From Actinomycetota bacterium (GTDB taxonomy: Bacteria; Actinomycetota; Actinomycetes; S36-B12), in contig CANFTO010000002.1 in the NCBI GenBank assembly GCA_947449945.1, forward strand, positions 1 through 55,876: 55,876 bases of DNA, written 5' to 3'. The notes beneath the pieces were generated by a model. It made no database searches and had not been told where the DNA came from. It saw only the letters and a program-made list of their open reading frames with translations. Both the position numbers and the translations under genes were made by a program. Position 1 is the stretch's first letter. The number at the start of each line of letters is the position of its first letter. Shown in pieces: positions 1 to 9,005 of the stretch.

Positions 1-542
1 AGATCAATGCAGTGATTGTTGACCGAGCTCTTCAGGGCAAGCGGGTAGTTCGCCTCAAGGGTGGCGATCCTTTTGTGTTCGGCCGCGGCTCAGAAGAAGT
101 ACAAGCGTGTATCGATGCTGGCGTCAGTGTCGATGTCGTACCTGGCATTAGTTCTGCCGTTGCTGGCCCTGCATCTGCTGGTATTCCAGTCACACACCGA
201 GGGCTGGCCAACGGATACGCGGTTATCACCGGCCATCAACTCAACGATCTGGCTGCGCTCGCTCAGGTTGATCTCACCCTGGTGGTGTTGATGGGTGTTG
301 CCACCCTTGCGCAATTGACCGACGGATTGATCACTGGTGGAAAGTCTTCGTCAACGCCTGTCGCGTTGATCGAGAAAGCATCGACTCCACAGCAACGAGT
401 AACCGTTGGAACGTTGGCAACTATCGCGTCAATCGCGACAAGCGTCGGTGTCACTAATCCGGCAGTCATTGTTATTGGCGATGTTGTCACGGTTCCGCAT
501 CTTCTGGCGGCTGAACCTACATTTGCCCGCAGCAACCACTAA
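1..542 (+). CDS. cobA: uroporphyrinogen-III C-methyltransferase (SUMT), 3' portion; the 5' end lies outside the window
   Basis: The frame is open from nt 3 (INAVIVDRALQGKRVVRLKGGDPFVFGRGSEE...VVPGISSAVAGPA...AVIVIGDVV). GGDP and PGISS motifs match the CobA/CysG tetrapyrrole methylase family. Stop at 540-542. Confidence 0.85.
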   Translation, partial: INAVIVDRALQGKRVVRLKGGDPFVFGRGSEEVQACIDAGVSVDVVPGISSAVAGPASAGIPVTHRGLANGYAVITGHQLNDLAALAQVDLTLVVLMGVATLAQLTDGLITGGKSSSTPVALIEKASTPQQRVTVGTLATIASIATSVGVTNPAVIVIGDVVTVPHLLAAEPTFARSNH

Positions 543-545
543 CTC

Positions 546-1244
546 ATGGCTGCACTCGTAGTACTCCTGGCTCATGGGAGCCCAGATCCTCGTTCAAGCG
601 CTGCAGTTGAAGATGTTGCTACGCGACTTCAGGCGTTTCTGGCAGGCCCAACTGTGCGGGTGGCCTATCTCAATCACAACTGGCCAACGTTGACTGCTGC
701 TATTGGTCGCGAGCGCGATGCTGGATCAATTCAAAATGTTGTGGTGTTGCCTCTTCTCCTGAGCAATGCATCGCATGCACTTCGCGATGTCCCTGCGGCT
801 GTTGCTGATGCTGAACGCGATCACCGCATCTCGATTGTTGTTGGTGAAACTGTGGGCCTTGATCTTTCTTTGGCCTTAGCCCTTGATACTCAAATCGCCG
901 AAGGTGCTCCCATAGTGGTGGCCTGGGCCAGTGGAAGAAGCCAGCAGGCGCAAACATCAATGCAGGAACTAGCACTGGCATGGTCAGCGCAAACGGGTCG
1001 TGAGGTGATTGCTGCGGCAGCAACTGACTCTGGGGAATTTTTGTCGACTGCTGCAGCGGACCTTCAGGGTCGCACCAACCGCCAGCCTGCCCTGGCCACT
1101 TTCACGCTCTTTCCAGGGGTGCTCGCCGACCAAGTGCAGGCTGCCGCGGATTGCCTTGGGCTGACGGCTACGACCCCACTGTTTGAGCAACCCGCGTTGC
1201 TTGAGATTCTTACCCAACGCCTTTCGCAAACCACACACGCGTAG
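546..1244 (+). CDS. sirohydrochlorin chelatase, CbiX/SirB family
   Basis: ATG lies 3 nt after the cobA stop. The N-terminal LLAHGSPDPR string is typical of CbiX/SirB chelatases, and the gene sits directly after SUMT. Confidence 0.7.
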   Translation: MAALVVLLAHGSPDPRSSAAVEDVATRLQAFLAGPTVRVAYLNHNWPTLTAAIGRERDAGSIQNVVVLPLLLSNASHALRDVPAAVADAERDHRISIVVGETVGLDLSLALALDTQIAEGAPIVVAWASGRSQQAQTSMQELALAWSAQTGREVIAAAATDSGEFLSTAAADLQGRTNRQPALATFTLFPGVLADQVQAAADCLGLTATTPLFEQPALLEILTQRLSQTTHA

Positions 1245-1291
1245 GCCGTCCGTCCACCACAATTGGGGGCGAGCATTGATGGAGGATTTTC

Positions 1292-2341
1292 GTGGATCTT
1301 GTTGAACTACGTCGCAACGATTACACCCTTGAAGATGTCAGCCAAGAGGTCCTTGTTGCCTTTGGTGATTTCTTTTCTGATCAGTGCCCTACCTCTCTCG
1401 TGCGCGAATCGCAGCCACTTGGTTTTGACCAGGGCCTCTGGGATCGTCTGGTCGAGATGGGCACCACCACGATGGGTCTTCCTGAATCCGCGGGTGGCGA
1501 CGGCGCCGGCATGGTTGAACTAGCACTCGTTGCTGAAGAATTTGGCCGGGCAATTGCACCTGTGCCTTACATCGAGCACATCGTCACTTCACGCGCTCTC
1601 GCTGCTGCGAACAACCCAGCATTGGCCGAAATCCTTTCGGGAGCTGCTGATGGTTCCCGCATCCTTGCCCTGGCAAATGCACCGCTCACACCAGGCACAA
1701 AGCAACTCGTTCCCGCAGGCGCGATTGCCAAGGATGTACTCGCACTTGCGGGCGAAGATCTTGTGTTGTTTAGCGTTGACACACCATTTGCCCATGTAGC
1801 GAATCAAGGTTCCACACCACTTGCATGGTGGGACTTCGATTCAGTAACACAGCGCACAGTGGTTGCTACCGGAGCAGAAGCGAAGCGCATCTACTCACGT
1901 GCGCACGATGAACGCATGGTGCTCACTGCAGCCGCACTCGTCGGTATTACCGAATATGCCCTGGGCCTCACTGTGGAATTCACCAAAACTCGCGAAACCA
2001 TGGGCGTACTCATTGCCACGTTACAAGGAGTCGCATTTCCACTGACTGATATCGCTACCAATATTGCGGGTGCACGCAATATTGCGCGAAAGGCTGCCTG
2101 GTACTTGGACTTCTCCCCAGACGAGCGCCCTGAATTGCCAGCAATCGCCTTGGTTTACGCCTCACAAACCGCAACACATGGCACACAACAAGCTGCCCAC
2201 TTCCAAGGAGGCTTGGGCTTCACTGTGGAAAATGACATCAGCATGTACTTCCTGCGCGCAAAAGGCTGGGGTTCCATTGCTGGCGACCCAAGTGCCCTAC
2301 TAGCAACTATTGGCGATCACGTCTTGGCTTCGGTCAAGTAG
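1292..2341 (+). CDS. acyl-CoA dehydrogenase family protein, short (349 aa) partner-type subunit
   Basis: GTG start preceded by GGAGGA (1281-1286). ACAD-like strings are present (GLPESAGGDGAG; HFQGGLGFTVENDISMYFLRAK). It lies 26 nt upstream of a second ACAD gene. Confidence 0.7.
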   Translation: MDLVELRRNDYTLEDVSQEVLVAFGDFFSDQCPTSLVRESQPLGFDQGLWDRLVEMGTTTMGLPESAGGDGAGMVELALVAEEFGRAIAPVPYIEHIVTSRALAAANNPALAEILSGAADGSRILALANAPLTPGTKQLVPAGAIAKDVLALAGEDLVLFSVDTPFAHVANQGSTPLAWWDFDSVTQRTVVATGAEAKRIYSRAHDERMVLTAAALVGITEYALGLTVEFTKTRETMGVLIATLQGVAFPLTDIATNIAGARNIARKAAWYLDFSPDERPELPAIALVYASQTATHGTQQAAHFQGGLGFTVENDISMYFLRAKGWGSIAGDPSALLATIGDHVLASVK

Positions 2342-2367
2342 TTCACGAAGAAGACAAGGAGACTCAC

Positions 2368-3582
2368 ATGGATTTCGGACTCGTAGAACTCAGTGCGCAA
2401 GATCGTGCCTTGCAGCAAGAGATTCGCGCTTTCTTGGCGGAGATCTTTACTCCTGACGTGTTCCAACATGAACATGAAACGGGCAGCGGCTTTAATCCAA
2501 AAGTTTATGAAGCCCTTGGAGCACGTGGTTGGCTGTATCCAGAACTCCCTGTTGAGCAGGGTGGTGCCGGCTTCACTCCAGTGCAAAAGCGCATCATGGA
2601 GCTTGAACTCATTCGTCAGGATGCGCGCGTCATGATGATGCAGGGAACGTCTTCGCTACCCATGGCAGCTGTGCGCAAGTACATGGATCCTGCAGTCGCT
2701 GATCCAATTCTCAAGGAATGTGCTGCAGGTCGCGCTGTGATGTGTCTTGGCTACTCGGAGCCCGACGGTGGATCAGACATCGCAAATGCCAAGGTGCGCG
2801 CTGTTCAAGACGGTGACATGTGGACCATCAACGGATCAAAAATGTGGACCACCGGTGCGCATATTTCGACCTACACCTTTTTGATCACTCGTACCGATCC
2901 CGAAGCACCAAAACATAAGGGCATCACCATGATTCTGGTGCCGTTGAAATCTGAGGGCGTCACGATTCAGGGTATTCGCACATTTAGTGGCGAACGCACC
3001 AACATCGTGTACTACGAAGATGTGCAAGTTCACGACAGCATGCGCGTGGGTGCAGTGAACAACGGTTGGACCGTGCTGCACGGACCGCTAGATGAAGAAC
3101 ACAGCATCGGCCTTGATATGAATGGCGGCCTTACCGATGTGTCAGTTGGTACTGGCATGTGTCGTGTACTTGGCTCGTCTATGAACGAGGTTGCCTCGTG
3201 GGCAAATAAGACCACAGGACCCAACGGCGATCTACTCGCAGAAGATATTCGGGTGCGCGAGCGCCTAGGTGCAGCAATGGTTGATTACGAAGCCGGCATC
3301 AGCACACCTGGTCCGATGGGTCGAGTGAAGGCCTCTGATGTCCTCGTGAAAAATGCTGCACAGCTACAGGATTTGGTTGGCACCGTCGGCCTTCTTCCGA
3401 TGAACACCGAAGGCTCTATCGGCAACGGTGACATTGAATACGCCCATCGCTTTGCTCAAGGCACTGCAACCTATGGCGGCACTGTTGAGGTGTTCCGCAC
3501 CATCATCGCGCAGCATGTACTGGGTCTACCTAAGGCTCAACTACCTGGCGCAAAGGTATTCCTGGCTGGCAAGAAGAAGTAA
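2368..3582 (+). CDS. acyl-CoA dehydrogenase family protein (404 aa)
   Basis: AAGGAG lies before the ATG. GYSEPDGGSDIANAK and WTINGSKMWTTGA match the ACAD middle domain, followed by a C-terminal helical domain (YGGTVEVFRTIIAQHVLG). Confidence 0.85.
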   Translation: MDFGLVELSAQDRALQQEIRAFLAEIFTPDVFQHEHETGSGFNPKVYEALGARGWLYPELPVEQGGAGFTPVQKRIMELELIRQDARVMMMQGTSSLPMAAVRKYMDPAVADPILKECAAGRAVMCLGYSEPDGGSDIANAKVRAVQDGDMWTINGSKMWTTGAHISTYTFLITRTDPEAPKHKGITMILVPLKSEGVTIQGIRTFSGERTNIVYYEDVQVHDSMRVGAVNNGWTVLHGPLDEEHSIGLDMNGGLTDVSVGTGMCRVLGSSMNEVASWANKTTGPNGDLLAEDIRVRERLGAAMVDYEAGISTPGPMGRVKASDVLVKNAAQLQDLVGTVGLLPMNTEGSIGNGDIEYAHRFAQGTATYGGTVEVFRTIIAQHVLGLPKAQLPGAKVFLAGKKK

Positions 3583-4551
3583 CTATGCCCGATGTGGCTG
3601 AATTGCATTGGCGGGAATAACACCTAATTTTCCGGCCTGGAAATCTTCGAAAGCTTCGACGATTTCTTCCTTAGTACTCATCACGAATGGTCCATACGCA
3701 ACCACTGGCTCACGCAACGGCTCTCCACCAATGATGAAGAGTTCGAAGTTTGGTGAACGCGATTCCTGGCTTTCACTCGCCGTGATTCGCAAGGTGTCGC
3801 CGTACACCATCACCGCTGTCTGACCTGAATGCAAAGGGCGCTGCTCTAAACCAACAGTGCCTTGACCGGCCAATGCATAAACAATCGAGTTAAAGCTGGG
3901 TGTCCAAGGAATATCAATCTGGGCACCAGGCGCAAGCGTGAGGTGCGCGATCGAAAGTGGCGTGTGTGAAATACCTGGGCCTTTGTGACCAGCAATTTCA
4001 CCAGCAAGCACACGAAGAATCGCTCCACCATCAGCGCTGGTAATCAGCGCCGAATCCTTGCCCTGAAGATCCTGATATTGCGGATCGATTCGTTTCTTGG
4101 CACGTGGCAAATTGATCCAAAGTTGCAAACCATGGAATAAGCCACCAGCTTCAACAAGTGCTGCTGGCGGAGTCTCAATATGCAAGATGCCATTGCCTGC
4201 GGTCATGTACTGCGTGCCGCCATCGAGAATGAGTCCGCCTCCGCCATTTGAATCTTGGTGGATGAATTGACCATCAATGAGGTAGGTAAAGGTTTCAAAG
4301 CCGCGATGTGGATGCCATGGAGTGCCCTTTGGTTCCCCCGGCGCATATTCAACTTCACCCATTTGATCCATGTGAATAAACGGGTCAAGGTCGGCCTGGC
4401 TGATGCCAAAGAAGGCACGCTTCACCGGGAACCCTTCTCCCTCAAAAGCTTGAGGGGCGGTGATCACGGATTTCACCTGACGCTGCTCAGCTATCGCAGA
4501 AGCCGTAGCAAGGCGAGGAAGGGTAAGCGGGTCAGCGGTGATGGCAGCCAT
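3583..4551 (-). CDS. pirin family protein (bicupin)
   Basis: HPHRGFETFTYLIDGQFIHQDSNGGGG is the pirin N-terminal cupin motif. The ORF track starts at a TTG (4587), but the ATG at 4551 has an AAGGAA RBS, so I prefer it. Confidence 0.85.
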   Translation of the reverse strand: MAAITADPLTLPRLATASAIAEQRQVKSVITAPQAFEGEGFPVKRAFFGISQADLDPFIHMDQMGEVEYAPGEPKGTPWHPHRGFETFTYLIDGQFIHQDSNGGGGLILDGGTQYMTAGNGILHIETPPAALVEAGGLFHGLQLWINLPRAKKRIDPQYQDLQGKDSALITSADGGAILRVLAGEIAGHKGPGISHTPLSIAHLTLAPGAQIDIPWTPSFNSIVYALAGQGTVGLEQRPLHSGQTAVMVYGDTLRITASESQESRSPNFELFIIGGEPLREPVVAYGPFVMSTKEEIVEAFEDFQAGKLGVIPANAIQPHRA

Positions 4552-4736
4552 GGCAGTTCCTTTCGTTAAATTTAGTTTACCGTTCAACTACATTCCCTGC
4601 AACTCTCCCCTCATTTCTTTCGCCAACTGCGGTAATCCACAGCAAAATCAAAGGGTTCTCGCATTGGCTTCACACACTTCACTGATCCGATCTGCCTTGA
4701 GTTCAACGGACACCACACACGCGAGAGGCGCCATCA

Positions 4737-6494
4737 ATGAACAGACCCATGAGCATTGGCATCTGTGCTACTGCCGTCATCGCTGGGATCACATTTCCGA
4801 ACATCCCTGCGACTGCGGTTTCGGGCCCTGGGCATCCTCCCGCTCACGCATGGTTATCCGCATCGGCACCTAATGCAATTCCGAAGCATCAACACCCACG
4901 TGGGCGTCCACCTGCGCGAAACAACATCAGAGAAACCTTCGCAGATATCTCAGACACCTATTACTCCTTTGACGGGCTCGGAAATAACAGCGATAACCCG
5001 ACATGGGGCGCCGCAGGCTCAACTCTTTTGCGCGTTGCACCCACTGGCTATTCGGACGGTGCATCATCAGCAGCTGGATCGTCTCGGCCTAGTGCTCGCG
5101 CAATTAGCAATGCCCTCAGCGCACAAGAAACGAGCATTACGAACGACCGAAACATGTCGGACTTTGTATATGTGTGGGGGCAATTCATTGACCACGATAT
5201 TGACCTGAGCGAAACCGGCACCTCTGAGCAACTAGCCATAGCTGTTCCATCTGGCGACACATGGTTTGATCCAAAATCAACAGGAATCAAACTCATTGGC
5301 CTCACGCGAAGTCTTTTCGCATCCGGTACCGGCACTAGCGCAAACAATCCACGCCAACAGGTCAACGCAGTAACTGCATTTGTCGATGGCTCCCAGGTTT
5401 ACGGCTCCAGTAAAAGTCGCGCAGATGCTCTACGCACATTTACTCATGGCTTGCTCCGCACAAGTACTGGAAACATGCTGCCGTTCAATACTGCTGGATT
5501 AGAAAATGCAAATGACTCACATGTCATGCAGGATGTGCAGCTGTATCTCGCGGGCGACGTGCGCGCAAACGAAAATCCAGATCTCATTGCAATTCAGACA
5601 ATATTTATGCGCGAACATAACCGGGTCGCTACGCAGATGCGTGCGCAGCACCCATCATGGACGGACGAACAGCTCTATCAGAGTGCTCGGCAAACTGTTA
5701 TCGGAGAAATTCAATCCATCACGTACAACGAGTTTCTTCCGGCACTGCTTGGAAGAGATGCACTTAACCAATATCGAGGCTACCAAGAGAACGTAAATCC
5801 AAGTATTGCCAACGAATTTTCAACTGCCGCGTTCCGCTTTGGACACAGTCTGCTCGATAGTGAGATCTCACGTTTGAATAATGATGGCTCGCAGGCCGCT
5901 CCATCAATTTCACTCGCGCAAGCTTTCTTTAATACTGGCGTCTTTAATCCAAGCCTGCCGAATCATGTTGGGGATATTGACACCTTCCTAAAGGCAGCAG
6001 CATCTGGCAATACCCAAGAAGTAGATCTCAAGGTTGTGAATGAACTGCGCAATATGCTCTTCGGCGCGCCCGGATCTGGCGGATTAGACCTAGCCGCCCT
6101 CAACATCCAGCGTGGCAGGGATCATGGTCTTGCCGACTACAACACCATCCGGCAATCGTATGGACTGTCTCGAGTGACCACCTTCGATCAGATCACTAGC
6201 GATCTCAAGGTTCAACAATTACTTCGCCAGCTCTACGGATCGGTGGACGCAATTGATGTGTGGGTCGGTGGCCTAGCCGAGCAACACACCCGCAACTCGA
6301 GTGTCGGGCCACTTTTCCAAAGGATTCTTGTCGACCAGTTCACGCGCTTACGCGACGGTGATCGAAACTGGTATCAAGCAGTCTTTCGGGGAGCTCAGCT
6401 TCAAGAAATTGAGAGCACTCAACTCTCCGAAGTGATTCAGAGAAATACCGCCCTCACCAGTCTGCAAAGGAACGCCTTCTTTTGGCAAGGCTGA
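4737..6494 (+). CDS. secreted animal-type haem peroxidase (peroxidase-cyclooxygenase superfamily)
   Basis: Family motifs present: WGQFIDHDIDL (distal His), RANENPDL, FRFGHSLL (proximal His), NIQRGRDHGLADYN, VWVGGLAE. The N-terminus is hydrophobic and signal-like (MSIGICATAVIAGITFPNIPATAVS). Confidence 0.85.
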   Translation: MNRPMSIGICATAVIAGITFPNIPATAVSGPGHPPAHAWLSASAPNAIPKHQHPRGRPPARNNIRETFADISDTYYSFDGLGNNSDNPTWGAAGSTLLRVAPTGYSDGASSAAGSSRPSARAISNALSAQETSITNDRNMSDFVYVWGQFIDHDIDLSETGTSEQLAIAVPSGDTWFDPKSTGIKLIGLTRSLFASGTGTSANNPRQQVNAVTAFVDGSQVYGSSKSRADALRTFTHGLLRTSTGNMLPFNTAGLENANDSHVMQDVQLYLAGDVRANENPDLIAIQTIFMREHNRVATQMRAQHPSWTDEQLYQSARQTVIGEIQSITYNEFLPALLGRDALNQYRGYQENVNPSIANEFSTAAFRFGHSLLDSEISRLNNDGSQAAPSISLAQAFFNTGVFNPSLPNHVGDIDTFLKAAASGNTQEVDLKVVNELRNMLFGAPGSGGLDLAALNIQRGRDHGLADYNTIRQSYGLSRVTTFDQITSDLKVQQLLRQLYGSVDAIDVWVGGLAEQHTRNSSVGPLFQRILVDQFTRLRDGDRNWYQAVFRGAQLQEIESTQLSEVIQRNTALTSLQRNAFFWQG

Positions 6495-6527
6495 GCAAAT
6501 ATTCCCGAAATGCCCCATAATTGACTC

Positions 6528-7157
6528 GTGTCTACTGCCGCTGACGATCCCGTTGAGCAAGCTGTGGACCGGGCTCTTAAGCCCCTACGCGATGATGCAG
6601 TGCGCGATGTCGAGGCAATCTTGGACGCAGCCCTGAAGGTTGCTGAACTCTCAAGCCCCGCGGCACCTCGGGTTGCCGACATCGTGGCTGAGGCTGGCAC
6701 CTCAAACCAAGCCTTCTATCGCTACTTCACTGGCAAAGACGATCTCATGCAGGCAGTGATGGCCCGTGGCCTTCGTCGCGTACATGCCTATCTTGAGCAC
6801 CGAATGTCAAAGGTTGATGAACCAACGAAAAAGATTGAACTGTGGATTCGTGGAATTTTGACCCAAGCCACCCACCAAACCGCCGCTCGACAAGGCGCTG
6901 CCGTCGCGGAAATTTTCGCAGTGAATAGCGGTGGCATCGATTCGAAGTCTCAGGAAGCAACTGTCGCTTTGCAAGATTTATTGATCGCCCCGCTCACTAC
7001 CCTGGGCAGCACCGACCCTGTCCGCGATGCCGCACTTATCCGCGAAGCGTCAATGGGAACAATGCGCAATCACATGAACGCCCACACCAGTCCATCCCAA
7101 GAAGACAGCGATCACCTCGTTGACTTTTGCCTGCGAGGAATCAACACCACTCAATGA
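6528..7157 (+). CDS. TetR/AcrR family transcriptional regulator
   Basis: GTG start. The N-terminal HTH reads VADIVAEAGTSNQAFYRYFTGKDDL, followed by an all-helical C-terminal domain. Confidence 0.8.
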   Translation: MSTAADDPVEQAVDRALKPLRDDAVRDVEAILDAALKVAELSSPAAPRVADIVAEAGTSNQAFYRYFTGKDDLMQAVMARGLRRVHAYLEHRMSKVDEPTKKIELWIRGILTQATHQTAARQGAAVAEIFAVNSGGIDSKSQEATVALQDLLIAPLTTLGSTDPVRDAALIREASMGTMRNHMNAHTSPSQEDSDHLVDFCLRGINTTQ

Positions 7158-7960
7158 CGAATTATGAATTAGACCGCAGTGTTGTGGTCGATGGAGCAAC
7201 TGTGCGCTACGCCGTTAATGGCCAGGGCACTCGTGATCTCTTACTTGTACATGGTGCAGGCGCGCATCAACTTTGGTTCTACCGGATGTTTGAAGCCTTG
7301 CAAAAGGATTGGCGCGTCATCACCGTTGATCTCACGGGCCACGGATTCAGTGACCATCGAGATCGCTACACAGTTGAAACCTGGGCCAATGAACTCGCTG
7401 AGATTCTTCGCACAGAAAGTTCTGAGCCTGCGCTCGTAGCCGGTCACAGCATGGGTTCACGTGTAGCTCTAGCCCTGACAGCAAACAACCCTGAACTTGT
7501 ACGTGAACTCATCATGATCGATGGGAATATTCGATCTCCTGAAGAAATTGCAATGTATTCAGACCGCAAGCCACTGCTCACTCCTAAGTACTATGCAACA
7601 AAAGAAGACGCACTTGCTCGCTTTCGCTTAGTTCCGGCCCAGTCGGAACCTGGCATGGACATACTCCTTCCCATTGCGGAATATTCAGTGGTCAAGCGCG
7701 ATCAAGGTTGGTCCTGGCGCCATGACTGGAGCACCATCACTGAGCCTTATGACGAATACATCAACTCGCGGGTGCCACTGATTAAGCAGCCAGTGACCTT
7801 TGTCTATGGAACCGATAGTCCTGTTTCAGGTAAAGATAAAGCTGACTACTTCGTTGAGATCGCGACAACTGATGTCGATGTGATTGCAATTGAAGGTGGC
7901 GGGCATCACCTCATGCTCGACCGGCCAGGCGAATGCCTCGCACTCTTTACGGGCAAATAA
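7154..7960 (+). CDS. alpha/beta-fold hydrolase
   Basis: The ATG at 7154 overlaps the TetR stop (ATGA). It has an HG oxyanion motif (LLLVHGAGAH), a nucleophile elbow (GHSMGS) and a C-terminal GGGHHLMLD. The ORF-track start at 7127 lies inside the TetR gene. Confidence 0.8.
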   Translation: MTNYELDRSVVVDGATVRYAVNGQGTRDLLLVHGAGAHQLWFYRMFEALQKDWRVITVDLTGHGFSDHRDRYTVETWANELAEILRTESSEPALVAGHSMGSRVALALTANNPELVRELIMIDGNIRSPEEIAMYSDRKPLLTPKYYATKEDALARFRLVPAQSEPGMDILLPIAEYSVVKRDQGWSWRHDWSTITEPYDEYINSRVPLIKQPVTFVYGTDSPVSGKDKADYFVEIATTDVDVIAIEGGGHHLMLDRPGECLALFTGK

Positions 7961-8915
7961 GTACTTTGCCTGTTGACTGACGAGTTGCAATAAATTCCAA
8001 CGCGTCTTTTGCCTCGTTAAGGCTAAAAACTTTGGAGATATGTGGCGACAGTCCGTCTTGGGTCATCGCATCGAGTTTCGCATCTCCTTGAGCGACCTCT
8101 TGAGGCAAATGCTCGGCAACTGTGCGAATCTCAAAGCCCTTGATGATTCCGCCTTTAAGCAATGGGAGATTTAGCGCAATCTTTGGAATCTCACCATCTG
8201 CGAACCCCACTACAACAAATCTGCCACCCCAGGCAATCGCCCGGAATGACTCTTCGGCGTACGATCCACCAACAGGGTCGATGATCAGATCAGCACCTGA
8301 GCCAGTGATCGCCTTGATGCGGTCTTTGAGATTTTCTGTCGTGTAATTGATCCCAGCGACTGCACCTAACTCCGCACAGACACGCAAACGCTCATCACCT
8401 GAAGCAACAGCGATCACCTTTGCGCCCAAACGCGTTGCAATGTCCACGCTGGCCGTACCCACGCCACCCGCAGCACCCAGGACGACTACCCAGTCCCCTG
8501 CCTTTAACTCTCCAATGGTGACGAGGGCGTGATACGCGGTGCGGTAGGTAACACTAAAAGCTGCGGCTTGATGCAAGCTAAGCCCCGTTGGTATCGGTTT
8601 GAGTGAAACCGCTTTGACAGCAATTTGCTCAGCAAAACATCCAACAAAGGATCCACCCATCACTAAATCACCAGGTTTTACATTGGTCACCTTGGACCCA
8701 ACCGAAAGCACAACACCCGCAAACTCACTGCCAGGAATGAACGGTGTTGGAATTGAGACTTGATAAAGATTTTCGATAATCAAAAGATCAGGGAAATTGA
8801 TTCCAGCGGCACGGATAGCAACTACGGCTTCATCTGGGCCTGCTACCGGGTCGGGTAACTCCTTGAGCACCAAACTTGACGGAGGACCGTATTGCTCACA
8901 AACCAAAGCGCGCAT
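7947..8915 (-). CDS. NADPH:quinone oxidoreductase / zinc-type MDR alcohol dehydrogenase superfamily
   Basis: MRALVCEQYGPP..VAIRAAGINFPD matches the family N-terminus and VLGAAGGVGTA is a Rossmann motif. This is the QOR-like family. Confidence 0.8.
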   Translation of the reverse strand: MRALVCEQYGPPSSLVLKELPDPVAGPDEAVVAIRAAGINFPDLLIIENLYQVSIPTPFIPGSEFAGVVLSVGSKVTNVKPGDLVMGGSFVGCFAEQIAVKAVSLKPIPTGLSLHQAAAFSVTYRTAYHALVTIGELKAGDWVVVLGAAGGVGTASVDIATRLGAKVIAVASGDERLRVCAELGAVAGINYTTENLKDRIKAITGSGADLIIDPVGGSYAEESFRAIAWGGRFVVVGFADGEIPKIALNLPLLKGGIIKGFEIRTVAEHLPQEVAQGDAKLDAMTQDGLSPHISKVFSLNEAKDALEFIATRQSTGKVLICP

Positions 8916-8943
8916 GTTCCTACTTTATTGATGAAAACAAGAG

Positions 8944-8974
8944 GCGGGTGGAATGTTTGAAACATTCCACCCGC
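8944..8974 (-). terminator. intrinsic terminator after the kinase-SDR-ACAD operon
   Basis: Perfect 14-bp stem (GCGGGTGGAATGTT / AACATTCCACCCGC) with a 3-nt loop. On the minus strand it is followed by CTCTTGTTTTC. Confidence 0.55.
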
Positions 8975-9005
8975 TTCTCAAAGCCGAAGTGCGTTCAGCG
9001 CATTC

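Noticed and set aside
4538-4873. A 111-aa ORF spanning the pirin/peroxidase intergenic region.
   Set aside because: It overlaps the starts of both flanking genes, has no RBS and has no recognisable family. The region is better explained as a divergent promoter region.
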